Shown piece by piece: positions 33,454 to 48,400 of a DNA stretch of 63,403 bases (the stretch's first letter is position 1; each line of letters begins with the position of its first letter). Below the pieces are notes generated by a model that had not been told where the DNA came from, searched no databases, and saw nothing but the letters and a program-made list of their open reading frames with translations. This DNA is from a virus (taxonomy: Duplodnaviria > Caudoviricetes), in IMG/VR virus record IMGVR_UViG_3300037882_001548, positions 1 to 63,403 of that record. One strand, given 5' to 3'. A program made the translations under genes and the position numbers.

Positions 33454-36400
33454 ATGGAACCAAAGCTCGAATATACACCTATCAATGGTTTTGCTACACC
33501 ACCTACGGGGGGAGATAAACTAAGGTATACACCAATCACTCAACCATTGAGTGACTCTTATGATTCTCGATTAATAAAAGTTAAACACGATTCTAAATAT
33601 GACGCTGGCTATAACCCACTCACTATGGGTAGTCAGGAAGACTATCGGTCATATAAGCAAGGTAGTATGAATAAATGATTGGCTGCTGTACCTCGTACAT
33701 TAAGCTCTATCGCACTTAAAACAATGGGGGGTATTCATGACTTTGGTGCTGCCGCAGCAACGCTCGCATCTAATGTAGGTTCTGTATTCACAGGTGGAGA
33801 TGGATTAGAATTAGCCAACTTATTGGATAACCCTTTCCGCAATGGTTTAGACCAAATGGAAGAAAGCATGAAAGAAGCTATTCCCATTTATAAATCAGAT
33901 GCTTATACCAATGGTAATTTCTGAGGTCGTATGAAAACAGCTGATTTTTGAGCCAGTGATGCGATGGATGGTTTAGCTTTTATGGCTTCGTCTATTGTAG
34001 GTAGTAGAGGTGTGGGTAATTTAGTGCAAGCAAGTGGTCTTAGCTCTAAATTAGCTGCAAAGAGTGCTGCAAAAATAGCCGCAGGTGAAAGTGTGGGTAT
34101 GTACAATCAATTGAATTTATTGGCAGCTAATTCTGGATTAGAGCGTGGTTTAATGACAACATATTCTACACTATCAGAATCAGCAACAGAAGCTTACGGT
34201 GTACAAAAAGAGATTAAGGAAGAGCTTAATCAAAAGAGGGAGTTGGGTAGACAAGGTATAGCTGAATATAAAGCATTTGCTGATATGACAGACGAACAAA
34301 TTAAAAGTAAAGCAGCTAATGCAGCCGCTAATACTTTTGGTGCTAACATGATGATTTTACCTTTTTCTGGATGAATGGAATCAGGATGGGCGCTGCGCAA
34401 AACGGCTGATAAAGCAAACGACTTTAGACGAGGTATTCATGCCGCAGAGCGTGGTGTAGAAGGAGCTGCTGTAGACCAATTGGGTAAAAAAAGTATGCGT
34501 AATACAGCCAAAGCATTTTTAGAAGGTTTTGCTAAAGAAGGTGCTTGGGAAGAAAATATACAAGAATCAGTATCTAAATACTATAAGCAGTATGCAGAAG
34601 CAGAACTTGGTAAGGATGATAATATAGATAGCATAGGAGAAAACTACGCACGCGGATTAAAAGGTTTTGCACAAAATATGTTCGCTATGACAGGCTTAGT
34701 GGAAGGTACTAAAAAAGGTACAACAGAAGATGACGCATCAGCTGCTATTATGCTTGGTGGTGTTATCGGAGGACCAGCTAATATGATTTCATCTATAACT
34801 GAACGTGCACGTAAAGACACTGCTTACAACGCACAAAAACAAGGTTGGTGAAAGAATTTTGATCAAGCATCTAAATATGCTAACGCACGACTTATTGCTA
34901 ATCACACTAATCCTTTGATTAAACAGCAATATGAAGTAGACGAAGAATATCAAGATGGTGAAGAAACTAAGACACGTAAGGTAACAAAAGAAGCGTGGGT
35001 ACCAAGTCCCGATAGTGAAGCTAAGATGGATCCTCGTAAAGCTGACGTTATGCGTACTCGCTCTATGGGTTTAATGCTTGATGAATCACATGACCAAGTA
35101 GCATCACTTGAAAACAATCGCTATTTGAGTACACTCAATGATGACCACGCACTCTATCAATTTGCATATGATTTAGAAAATAGTAGTATGATGGCTCAGA
35201 TGGATGAGACAGACAGAGAACTCATCATAGAAGATATGATGAACAATCACAATGATAAGAATACGGATACAACATCACTTAATCAACTCAAAGGAGATGC
35301 TAAGCAGCGTATCGCTAAGTTCAGAGAAATGGTTAAACAAGCCAATATGGAAGTTAAGAATACAGAGACTGAAACTGACATGATGGATGCTGATGAGAAA
35401 AATCTATTTAATACTTATGCAGATACGTTAAAGAAAGTATTAGGTTTAGAAAAACTTAAACGTCATTCATTTAATCGGATGCGTCAGCGTACAGATATAT
35501 CAGATAAAGCACGTGAGCAGTTAGATAAAGCCATCGAAGACTCTCAATTGTTTGAAGACAGTTTTAAGATGATTAACAATCCGACTGATTCAGGCATGAC
35601 ACGATTTGAAGAGTGGAAAAACTTAACAGCCATTGCTGAACCAGGAGGTAATGCTTTTGAGACTCAAATGAATGATGAAGTGTTAAAGCAGTCTGATAAA
35701 TACCGATTAGTCAATGGTAGTCAACCAAGTATGCGTGAATCTATATTCTATGACTTAGTTGCAGCTAAGGATTTAGCCAATGAATTAGAAGATAAATTGG
35801 CGGATATAGATAAGGTTGACCCTGCGGATGTAACTGAATTAAGCAATCAATTAACGATGGTTAAAAATATGCTTAATGACAATACTGGTATTAAAATGCA
35901 CGCTTTGAATAAAGATGTATTAGATAAAGTCAATCGCTTACAAGATGTTGTCAATAAATCAAAAGCGACAGTACAAAAACAAATTAATGACAACAATGAA
36001 ACATTGGCTTTAATTGATGATTATGATGGATTAGTACAAAGTGATAATCCTGCAAGATTTGATATAACAGATGATTTTTTAGCGCAGTTAGAATCTATGG
36101 GTGTTGATACATCTACAGCTGTTGATGACAATTACGCTTTATCAGAAGAAGCGCTAAATACATTAAGAGAAGAATTACAACGTCAAAATGAATGATACCA
36201 GTCACAATATATTAATGAATTAGAAAGTTTTGACTTTGCAAATATAAGTGATTATGCTAAGCAGTCAGTTGCTTACAATGAGGCTATTCGTGAAGCTGCT
36301 AAAAAAGGCATCAAGGGATTAAATAACTTTGCATTTTTAGAATTTTTTAAGAATAGTACAAAAGATGTCCAAGATTTATTGCGTAAGTTTCTAAGCGAAG

Positions 36401-39400
36401 CCTATGATAACATAGGTGAATTAAAAGAGGATTATGAAGTTGATATTGACATTGAAGTATTAAAAAATTTAAAAGAACAAATTGAAATAATTCAAGCTTT
36501 TGTCGATAAAGAAAAAGCGACACCCAATGATAATCATTATAGTAAAGATACAATAGACGGTATTGAAAATGGTTTCAGAACATATGACGGTAAAACCAAC
36601 TATCGTAATTACGATGGTCGTCAAATGGGTACTGCTGAAATGTTACTACATATAAATCAATTAATTACACTATACAATGCGCAGTCAGAAAAAAGACTTA
36701 AAGATATTCGCGATTATCAATTAGCTCAGGAAAATAGTAGTGCTGACAGCATTATGGAATCTGATAAAATAGATAAAACTATTCGAGATATAGCTGTAGA
36801 TGGTTTAAATGATGATGTTGTAAATGCCTATGAAGAGCATATAATAATTAATACTGTTGATCCTGACTTATCTGAAACAACAATAGAATCTAAAAAGAAT
36901 ACATTTCCTTCGTTTATGGCGCTACTTAATAGATTAGGTGTACTGAAACCTAAGAATATATCAAGTGTGCTTAAAGAGAAGAAAAAGAATATCATTGGTA
37001 CACTATTAAGTAATGCTGATAAAAAGATAAAAGGTTATCTTAAAATATCTACGGACAAAAAAACAGCTGTAGATATGGTGTTGTCATATTTCACGCAGTC
37101 ATCTAATTATGGGCTTGTTGATTTTGGTGGTGACTTGTCTAATAAATTAGTGAATGGTACATTACAAAATGAATTTGAAAGACATAAGGATATTACAACA
37201 TTACTTAAAACAGCTAAGTCAAGTAAATCAGACAAAGACTTTATAAATAAAGAATCTAAACAAGAGTTCATTAAGTTCTTGACAGCTATGTTACAACTTG
37301 AAAACTTAGAGATGTTAGAACGTATTGCGACTAATCCACTTGTTATAAATAAAGTCATAGAACAGTTTCAGAAACAAGAACCAGGTAAGTATCCAACATA
37401 CCAACAAATGTTGGCTATATTAGATATGATATTGACGGTTAAAGAGATTAAAACTAAATCTTTGTATACACCCTTCATAAATATCGCAGGCGTAGCTGGA
37501 GCTGGAAAAACATCAATAGTTGTAAGAACTGTTATAAACTATTTAGAAGCGGAAGGTACGGTAGATAAGAAGACATTGTTTGTAACAGGTCATACAGTAA
37601 CATCAACCAAGAATGTTCAAAAAGTATTAACAGATACTGAAACAGTTACGCAGAATTTGAACGCTTTATTAGAAATGTCCGATGAAGAATTTGGTAAATT
37701 GTCAGCTGTTGTCATAGATGAATCATTTGCTATTCCCATTGAATATTTCAATGCGCTGGAAACAAAGATGAAAAAAGCGAAGATAGATAAACTACCTGTT
37801 TTACTATTAGGTGACCCCTCGCAAACAACAAATAATCCAGGTACAGCTTTTCAAAATAACATTGACCGCACTAAAAGCATTAAGGCACTCACACTTAATT
37901 ACAGAGCTATTATTCCAAGTATCCGAAGCTTTGCTAAGTTATTTGATAATTCTAACTCACAGGTCAAAGAAACGATGACTGTTGCTAATGTAGAAGAATC
38001 TGACTTGATATCAGATACATCTATTATACCTAAGGGTAGTATGGTCGGTAAAGATAGTATAGTGGCGATTGTAGCTGCACAAAAAGCAATTAGACCTGAT
38101 ACAACCAGAGCTATTATTGTAGCCTCAGAAGCAGCTAAATCACCTTATTTAGCATTAGCAGATAAGCATACATTAATTTTAACACATGTAGAAGCACAGG
38201 GTGAATCTTATGATGAGGTGTATTTTGACTTTAATGAGAAACAACGTACATCCGCATTGATGTTTGAAGGTGGTAAAATTGTTATTCGTGATGTTGCCAT
38301 CAGTGAATTGGCTTTTACGGTGCAAGGTAAAGCAAATCGCTATTATAATTCGATTGCCTATACAGCACTCACACGTGCACGTAAATTTTCGTATATGCAA
38401 GACAATACGTTGACGAATAATCATATGAAAGATGATAATGTGAATAGTTCTGTCAATAATTTAACGGATGAAATAGCGCACAATACAACAGTATTTAAAG
38501 AGTTTATGACAGACTTAAATACATCAGCTGAAATGTTAGATGTAAATTATAAGAAGTCATCTGTAAAGGTCAGTAATCAATCTACACAGGCAGCAGCTAC
38601 CGAAAAAGATGATGCTAAAACACCTACTAATCATGCGCCTGATATACCTATAACAGATGATGAAAATGTATCGGAAGATGAGTCACTTGAAAAAGATAAT
38701 GAAGATGCTGTAACTGAATCAGAAGCACCAACACTTGAATTAGCAGAAGACATAGCTAAGGAAGATGATGAAGAAAATATAACCAATAAAAAATCAGAAG
38801 CTAAAACAATAGATAAAAAAAAGAAAGCTAATAAAAAAGGAAAGACTCCGTTATTATCACAGCTTAAAGATAAAATAATAGAATTGTTTTATCCAGCAGA
38901 TATTCATTTTACAGGTGATTTAACAGCACAGGAAATACAGAACTTACTGGATAAAAATCCTAATTATATACCGACAACTGTTCAAGACGATGAAGGTAAT
39001 AATTACATGCCTGTAGGTCAAGGTATTCGTGCTATTTATGTCACAGGTGGTTCAAGCTTTATGATTAGACTTATGGCACCTGTTAAAGATATGTCAGGTC
39101 AATTAGTAACCAATAAATATATTGAAGTAGGTGTATTATCAGAAAAAGATATCTTTATGGAAGACGGTGTAACGCCTCGTCATAAAGATTTATTTGAAAT
39201 TTATATACAAGCTGATACTGAATTTAAAGGAAAGAAAACAGCTATATTCCCAGGTGGTTACGATAAGACAAAAGTACAGACCATTCAACCTAAGCATTTA
39301 ATTGGTCCTGCGTTTAATGTAAAAGAGAAGTCTTCTATGAAGTTTACTTATCTGAATCAAGATGGTAGAACCAAAGAAGAAGAAGCTATTAGCAATCCTA

Positions 39401-42400
39401 ATAATTATACGTTTGACAATGAGATGACAAGGTCTATTCATGCGTACGAACAAGGTATGATGAAGTTGCCTTATAATCAAAAACATAGTATTGAAGTACC
39501 TTTAACGCTTGTAGATGATAAAGGTAATGTATCCATTAATCCGAAAGCACTCAAAGAAGGGTTAATTACCATTTGGGTAGGTACGCAGCAATTAGCTGAC
39601 TACGGGGATATTCGTGCGGAGAAAGGTAAATATAACTTTTCTGCTCGTACAGCCAAAGTTATTCGTAAATGAAAAGGATTACCTTTACTTATCATAAAGT
39701 CTCCTAAAATTAAAAGAAAAGACGGTACAGTGTCATCTCACAATCAAGCACATGTCATACCACTTATTCCACCTAAGATGACAAATAAGTCCATTGAACA
39801 TCAGACGATCAGTGAACTTGTTGATTTATTAAAAGAAGCAGTTACAATGTCAAGTAATAATGGAGCACCTATATTATTTGATGCGAACGCTAATAATCCG
39901 CTGGGTATAGATTTCTCTAATCCTGTATTTGTACAAACACTTGAAACAATTGCCAGCTTATATACAATTAATAGCGAAGGCAATAAAGAATTTAATGCGT
40001 CTAATCAAGAAATACAGGCGTTACTTATTGCAGAACTCATGCAAAAGTTTGTTGCTGTGCGTCAAAATAAATTACAAGAATGGGCTACCAATCCGTGGTT
40101 GCAAGGTTTGTTATATGGTAAAAATGACAAAGGTGAAGAAAACAGTTCAAGTAACTGAGTACGCAAACAATATGTACCTGAAATAATTAAAGATGATAAT
40201 ATTGAAATATTTAAGAAATTAATTGACGTATTATATCATCCAGAAAATACAGATTATAAATTAGCATTAACATCATTTATATCAGAATTAAATAAAGATG
40301 ATAGTAAACGCAATCCCATATTTAATCCGATAGCAGATGGGGAAAAAACACATAATATATCTATTCGCAATACCAATCAACTGGTTATTCAAGTTAAGCG
40401 TGATGAGGTAGGTGGTTATGAGTGGCACTCTTATAAACTGACAGATAAGCAAATAGGTAAAGTAAGTAGTTTCTTAAAAGCTCAGAATGCAGGTAAAGAG
40501 AATTTAGACGTTACCTTAGAAGAATTAAATGCAATTATGGCTGATGAAAAACTCATGGGTGATTTATTAGGTAAAGGTGGTCAAATAATTAACAGTACCA
40601 GTAAAGGTAATGAAAAAGTTAAAACAAAGAAACTTTCGCACAGGTCTAATAAATATCAAACAGCGCTTAATTCAGTAGCACGTCAGAATAGACTGATTGC
40701 CAACAAACCATCTCGTATAAAAATTAGTTTATTTTCATCTAAAAAAGATGAGAAAGTCAAGAAGAAAAACAGAGCACGCTCATTATTTTCTTTTGATGCA
40801 CAGCGCAGTCAATTATGGGGCACACTTAAAAAAGAAGTTAAAGCATATAAAAACTGAGAACTCGATGATAAAAAATCATTGGATGGTTTCATGTACCAAC
40901 ACGGATACGATGACCAAGCACTTGACATGCTTATTGATACCATGATTAGTGAAGGTATTATCACACAAGATGAAGCAAATAAATTCTTAGCGCAGTATGC
41001 TGACCAAGCTACGTCACCGTGAAGTAATGAAAGATTAGAAGATGTATTAAATGACCCGACATTAAATGAACCTATATCACTGTCACCAACAAAAGATATG
41101 AGTGGTGATACGAAGATTAACAATGCGACTAAATTAGATAGAATTGCTAAGGGTGAAAAGATGTCTATGGCGGATATTGCCGATGCTATGCAAAACGCAG
41201 AAGGTAATGATATAAAGATGATTTTTGACGCTTTAAGCGATAAAGCACCAGCATTAGTAGAAAATGTCGAACCAACTAAGATGTCTATTTACAGAGCTGA
41301 TTTAGTGAATAAAGAAGAAGCTATTACAACCATTGAAGATGTATCTGCTGAAATACAAAATCTTACACCACAAACAGAAGCACCAAAAGAACGTAAGGCA
41401 AAACCTCGAATAAATGACATTGATTTATCTGTTACTAAAGATGATGTTGAATTTAGTAAAGATATTAATAATAAATCTATTATTTTAGGTAGAGAAATGA
41501 CAGAATCAGAAGCTGTATTATATCTTAAAAGATTAACACCGCAATTACCGTTTAAGAATAGATTAAATATATTTTTAAAACAATTAATTGGTAAATCTTT
41601 AACAGCTAATGATTTAAACAACGTTCAGTTTCTATCTCGTGCACAAGTAGTGCATAGAGACAATGGAACAAAGCAAGTATGGGGTTTTGTCAGTCAAGGT
41701 GCAAGAACTATTGTATATGACATAGATGCAAATGGTAATAAAGTATTTTATGCGAATACAATATCACATGAATCTTTTCACAACGTATACCGTCATTATT
41801 TGACAGCTAAGGAGAGATTACATGTAGAGTCACTTATTAAGTCACGTGCTATAAAAGACGGGGTAGAAGTAATATCACCTATTGAAATAGAAGAATATGG
41901 TGCTGATTTGTTTGAAAAATATGCGAAAGATAAATTCAGAACTAAAATAAGTTTATTCGATAAAATATTAAGTTTCTTAGGTTTTACAAAAGAATACAAT
42001 AAAGATTTAGACAGTGTATTTGAAGCTATTGATAAAGGTACTATAAAGAATAATTATTTTTATGACGCTACTGAATCAAATAGTTCTGCTATCGCTTTTA
42101 TGGAAAAAGATTTATCTGATTTCACAGATTTAGATAAAGTAATTAAATCAAAAGATATTGTATCGCAATATTTAACGCAGCTATTATATCAAGGTATACA
42201 AGAAGGTAATAATAGATTTTTAGTCACGAGTGCTGAAATATTACCGATGTTACAACAAAAAGCTATTTCTGAATACGGTGTTTTAAATGATTGACTTATA
42301 TGGGCCAATGAAGAAGGTGAATATCTAAACAATAAAATAGCAAACAACGAAGCGTTATCAAAAGAAGAAGCTGCTGATTTAAAAGAAATCACCAATGATT

Positions 42401-45400
42401 ATAAAAGTGTAAAAACTAAAAGACAGTTTTTACATAATTTAATTACAACTGTAAAAACCAATTCAAACAATGATATTGTAACAGAATCAAGTTTTAAGAA
42501 CTTAAATATCATAGCTTCATTGATTATAGGTAGTTTAGAAAGAAATGCTGATGATATATTTACTTTTGATAATGAAGAAATTGATTTAGATAAAATTGAT
42601 TTATCTGAATTAGGCGACATTAACTTAAAAAAAGAAATTCAGAGTTCTGAGGATATTTCGCAAGAAGCGACACTTCATGCAAATATGAAATTATTCTTTG
42701 CTACCATTCCTGATAAAGATAGAGCTAAATTACGTGACGAAAAAGACAATACTAAACTATCATCATTTAAGTTTATAGATGCGCGTTTCGCATATGCTAA
42801 ATCACTGGAAATATTTAAGTTGTTTGAGATGAATAATCGTACAAACAATGATTTATTGCAGCAATTGGACAACATTGCTAAAACCATGAAGATGAATTTC
42901 TCTGGTACTTTTCTTATGGCTGCTGTCAAAGATGCTATACGTAGAACAATACCTACTAAGAACAGTTCACCTTATGAAGTATTTGATGTATTTGATAGCA
43001 ATAAAGTAGTTATTATACCACTGGATAAAGTAATACATGAGCGTACAGATCCAAAAAATGATAAAAGTTCATTATTCTATACGTTTAAAATGAATCCTGA
43101 TGTAGACAACAACGCATTACCTAATTCGGGTGATGAAGCCTTAGCAGCATGAAATAAGCAAGATATGTTACTGCGTCAAAATAATATGACATTGTCTACG
43201 TTATTAACTATTTTAAAAACAGAAGGTCGTGATTCAGAAAAACTTAAAAAAGATGGTAAGTTTATATTTGATACATTTACTTTATTACAAGCATTTGATG
43301 AAACAGCAAATGTAGAAATTGAAGAAGCTGTAACAAATGATGATGGTACTATTATACCCGCTAAATATACACTTAAAAAAGAGTATAAAGTAACAGGTTC
43401 TCGTATAGGTACATTCTATAATTTAATCAACCAATTTGATGAGTACAATGAGCAAACAGGTACAGGTTTGTCAGTAGATGAGTTAAACAATATGTACCGT
43501 ATGACTGAGCTATCACAAGTCGTAAAAGGTTTTCAGAATGTTATGGGTTCTATGACACGTTTAAATTTCCAAATTGCGACAACAGAAAAGAAGTTTGGTC
43601 GTCAAATAGAAACACGTCTTATGGCTAATAAAGATGATACAGGCAGGGAGAAAACAGAATCTACATTTGTCAATGTATTAATCAGAAGATTCAGTAATTA
43701 TTCAAGTTGGGCAGATTTAGAAAAAGCAGCCAGTAATGCCAAAGAAGACTCTTTTGCTAAAGGTATGTTACAAATATACAATTATGTAACGCAGCCTGGT
43801 GATAAAACAGTAGTATCAAAAAATACAATTACAATTAAGAATTTCTTAGAATTGGCTGGATTGACTTCGGATGATTATCAAATTGCTGATAATATGACAG
43901 CCATAGGTATATCTGATATTACGTTTATACTTTCTACAATCGCCGAACAGTTGGGTAAAGAAGAAGTTAATATGGCTAATTTTGAAGGTGAAGTAGCAAG
44001 TAATATTATTACAATTCATGAAATACTTCTGAATACACTTAATACTAAAATACCGACATTTATAGACAAAATATTCAGAGAAACGAACTATGCTCGTGAA
44101 AAGATGATGGTTGCCGCAGATGGTAAAAAAGTAGTACGTGATATACTTGCTACGCATTTAGATAAAGTTATGAAACAATTGATGAATTTTCATAAAGAAT
44201 CTTACTATGATGTAGAGTCTTATCTGAAAACACCCATGATGCTTTTAAATGGTTTCGTTAATAAATCAGCTACATACAGTAATACAATTCAACGTATATT
44301 CACATATGATGCACATCGTAATGAAAATACGGGACTTGTAAAAGTACGTAAAAATGAGAATAAAGCAGAGTATTATAGACGTGAATTCATCGGATATTTT
44401 ATAGATGCTATATCCACAGCTGCATCCAGTGCACCTACTTACATGCAGTCTTTTTATGACTTAGAAGAACGTGAGAAAATGAAAGCTGCTCAAGTTAAAG
44501 TCTTATCAAAAGAAGCGACTAAAGACGGATTAAGAGCTATTATCAGACAGTTAAAAGCACACAATAAAGGTTTATCTCAATGAGGTGCTGACCCTAAGCA
44601 GCGTTTTAATAACTTTCAATTTAAAGACAAAGATGGTAATGATATTATGACAAACCAATTTGTCGATTCAGCCAGTGTAGATGAAATACTACGTGTCACT
44701 GAAAATAAGTTAAATGATGAGATAAATCTTTTAATGCGAGAGTTATTAGAAGAACAAACATTATTTGACCATGAATTATTTTCTAAAATAGCATCACTGA
44801 ATTCAACAAATAAATCTTGGAATTTAGGTGAAAAATACTTTGAAGCACTGCGTGAAAAAACAGGTCAAGGTAAAGATAGAAAAGAAGGTTTTATTGTACA
44901 AGATAAAAAGCGTTATGTGTTAACTACAGAAGACGCTAATAAGTTCATTAGACCTATTATAGAAGCGTATGTATATAACAATTATGTCAACGGTTATTTC
45001 TTAAATCAGGTTGTTACTGGACCATTTGCTTTATATAAAAATGGTAAAGTGATTGTTAAACGTTTAGCTGGTGCTACAGGTGCTGGTCATATGCAGTTAA
45101 TCAGTCATTATGATGAGCGTACTAAAAAATTCAGTATTGGATCTAAGGAAAAGTTCAGTGTATTGATTGTCAAAGATGTTGTTGGTGCTAAAAATGAAAA
45201 AGATGATGATGTAGAAGCATATAAGAAAAACAGCAGTATACAAAGATTCTTACGCAATATGTTTATTGGTAACAAACAATTATCTGAATCAGAACTCATA
45301 GACGTAAATAACGAAATTGACGCTATACTTAAATATTATTCTGATAAAGGATATGATATCACGGATGCTCAGGCATTTATGACAGTAGCACGTGAGGCAG

Positions 45401-48400
45401 ACATTAGAGCTGGTTTAAATGATAAGATGAATTTTTCAGGCATCGCTAAAAATATGTATTTTGGTATTGAGACAATTGATGTACAAAGACCAGAAGTATA
45501 TGACACAGAACAAAAAGCAAAAGATGCTTTAAAGAAAATAGTTGATTTAACAAGTGAAAATAATAAAGATGCGCCGCATAGTAAAATAGACACAATAGTA
45601 TCTACTGATGAAAATGGTATTGAAAAGACAACATATCAAATTACAACGGCAGAGCCTATTACATTTTATTTAAAGAACTCTCACATTGTTTTAACAGATG
45701 ATTTGGTTAATAAATTTCCTCGTCTTAAAGCCATTAAAAACTTTCTTGAATATCAAGATGATGTTCATCAACCTATTGGTGAGTTGGTATTTGAAACGGG
45801 TATTAAAGTAGGTAAGCCTAAAAATAATCCGACATTTGCTGAATTAACTGAAACAACAGACAACGAATCTATTGGTGCAAAACGTACAGAGTTAATGAAT
45901 AGAGGTACTAAGATATTATCTTTATCTAATGTCAATAACAGAATACAATTTAACCCTCAATCTGATTTAGTTCTGACTAAGAATAAAATAGCATTATTCT
46001 CTCAAATCATGTATTTCATTAATACGGGACAGAACAAGTCATGGAGAGCTGATGAAGCGTATCAAGCACAAGGTTATTTGTTAGAAAAAGGTTTACTTGA
46101 ATTTGAGAAAAATGTAGGTTCATCACCTGTCGAATTTGATTCATTTATTAAGAAAGAATTAGCTAAATCACCAGAAGCTGCTCATTTATATGAATTGATG
46201 GTTAACGGTTTATCGGCTAATTCATTATTGATGGATAAGAAAATTATAACACTTTTAACATCTAATTTATCTAAAACACAGTTCGGTAAATTACTAAAAT
46301 TTAAAGGTGGTAAATTTACATTGATGACGGCAGAAGGCAGTGATGTAACAGAATCAAGTATACGCTTTGATGGTAGAACAACTGAATTAGAATATCGTAT
46401 TCAAAAAACATTTACGTATGCGCGTGATGCAGATGGTAAAATCATATTTAATGACGAAGGTGAAGCAACGTTAAAAGAAACGCAAGGTATGGTTTCTGAT
46501 GCGTATTTACCTAAAGCGTTCTTTTATAACTTTAATAAAAAACACAACAAATGAGAAGTTAAATTAGAGTACGCTCATATTATTGAAGCCATTGAATCAG
46601 GTAAATCACTTGTAGACAGTTCTTTATTTTTAGGATTCCGTCTACCAAGTACAGAAATTAACTCAGGTATATTAATTAATGTTGCGGGATATCACACAGA
46701 AAACGATTCATCTATTATTGTACCTAAAGAAGTAGTACCTTTACATGGTTCTGACTTTGACGTAGACTCACTGTTTGTTATAACAAGAGAATCTATCGGT
46801 AAAGATGAAGCCAATGCTAACTGAGGTGAGATAAAAGCTGTACCTGATGTACCTGTTATAAATAACAGTGACCCTAATAAAATATCTATCCGATACAATA
46901 TGGTTAAAACAGATGAACTAAACTTCTCAGCAGGTTCTATTGTAGGTATGTATAAAACACCGACACCTGACGGTAAATCAGTTGAATTATTTGATAAAGA
47001 TAGATATTTGAAAGCGTTATATGCAAATAAAGAAGCAGCGCAGCAAATATTAAACGACATTCAAGTATTTATAAACGATAAGGATTTATATGTTACCAAT
47101 GCTGACAATAAAAAAGTTACGGATAAAGCAATTGGTGAACTTAAATCTTACATTGGTGTACTATCTAAATTAGAGAATAAAGTATTGCGTAATGTTATGG
47201 TAGAAAATACCATACAAGTATTATTTGATTCTAATAATTTAGTACGTATGACAACACCTATTTCTACGGAGTTTATAGATGGTAGCCCTGAATCAAATCC
47301 TAATTCTATAAAAGGTATATTTAGTGCTTTGGGTATTGCAGATGCTCGATTTGACTTTGAACCTAATTTATCACTCCGTTCAGATTCACAAAAGATGTTT
47401 AAAAATATATTTGATGGTGCAAGTCTTACGGGTATATTTGCCAACAGTGTAAAAGTATTATCTTATATCACACGTTCTGGATGAAGAAACGAAGAACCGA
47501 TGCTGAAAAATAAGTTTCATGTACGCATTGATGGTATATCACATGACCAAATGTCACAAGTAGAAAGACGTACAAAAGAAGAAATAGCAGCAGGTATTCC
47601 GCCTAAGCCTATTTGGGCTATCATGCAGATACTTGTTAACATTGCCATAGATAATGCTAAAGATATGTTATTGTACGCCATAAACGCAAATTATACGACT
47701 GCAAACGCATTGACTGCTGCTGTGACAATTGGTATTCCTTTTGAAAAAGCAGTGTTGTTAATCAATCAACCTGCTGTAAGATTATTTGATTTATTTGAAT
47801 ATCGAGGTAATCTGTCTAAAACAAGTGGTCAAGTAGTAACAGATGTTAAAAATATACTACGTTTACTTAAAACAGATTTAGATGTCAAGGGTGATGAACT
47901 ATTAACAAAATTAAACAATCAGAGTATTGAGGAATTAGATGATACAAATGATAATGAGAATGATGAAGAAAATACATCAATGTCTTTTGATACACTAAAT
48001 GAAATAGGAGATGAAACAGATGAATCTTACATAGATAAATCTAAATTAACAATAGGTACTTCAAGTAGTTTTGAATTGACAACAAAGCAAATGAAAGATT
48101 CTTTGGACAGTAAGACAAATAATAATAAAAGTGCTGTCATTATGAATTTAATTAAGATGCAAAATCAAGCGAAACAAGGTAAGATATCAAAAGAATTATT
48201 TTTAAATGAATTAAAAAAAGTTCAAAGTGATCCCAATATATTAACTATCTTATATCAAACAAAAGTACAATTAGAAGTAGCACGCACATTTAGAAAATTA
48301 GCAGCCATTGGTGAAGGATTAAAACAAACATCTACTATATTGACACCACTACGAGATTATACGACTCGATTAGATGAGCAATTGGATTTGAGAGAAACAG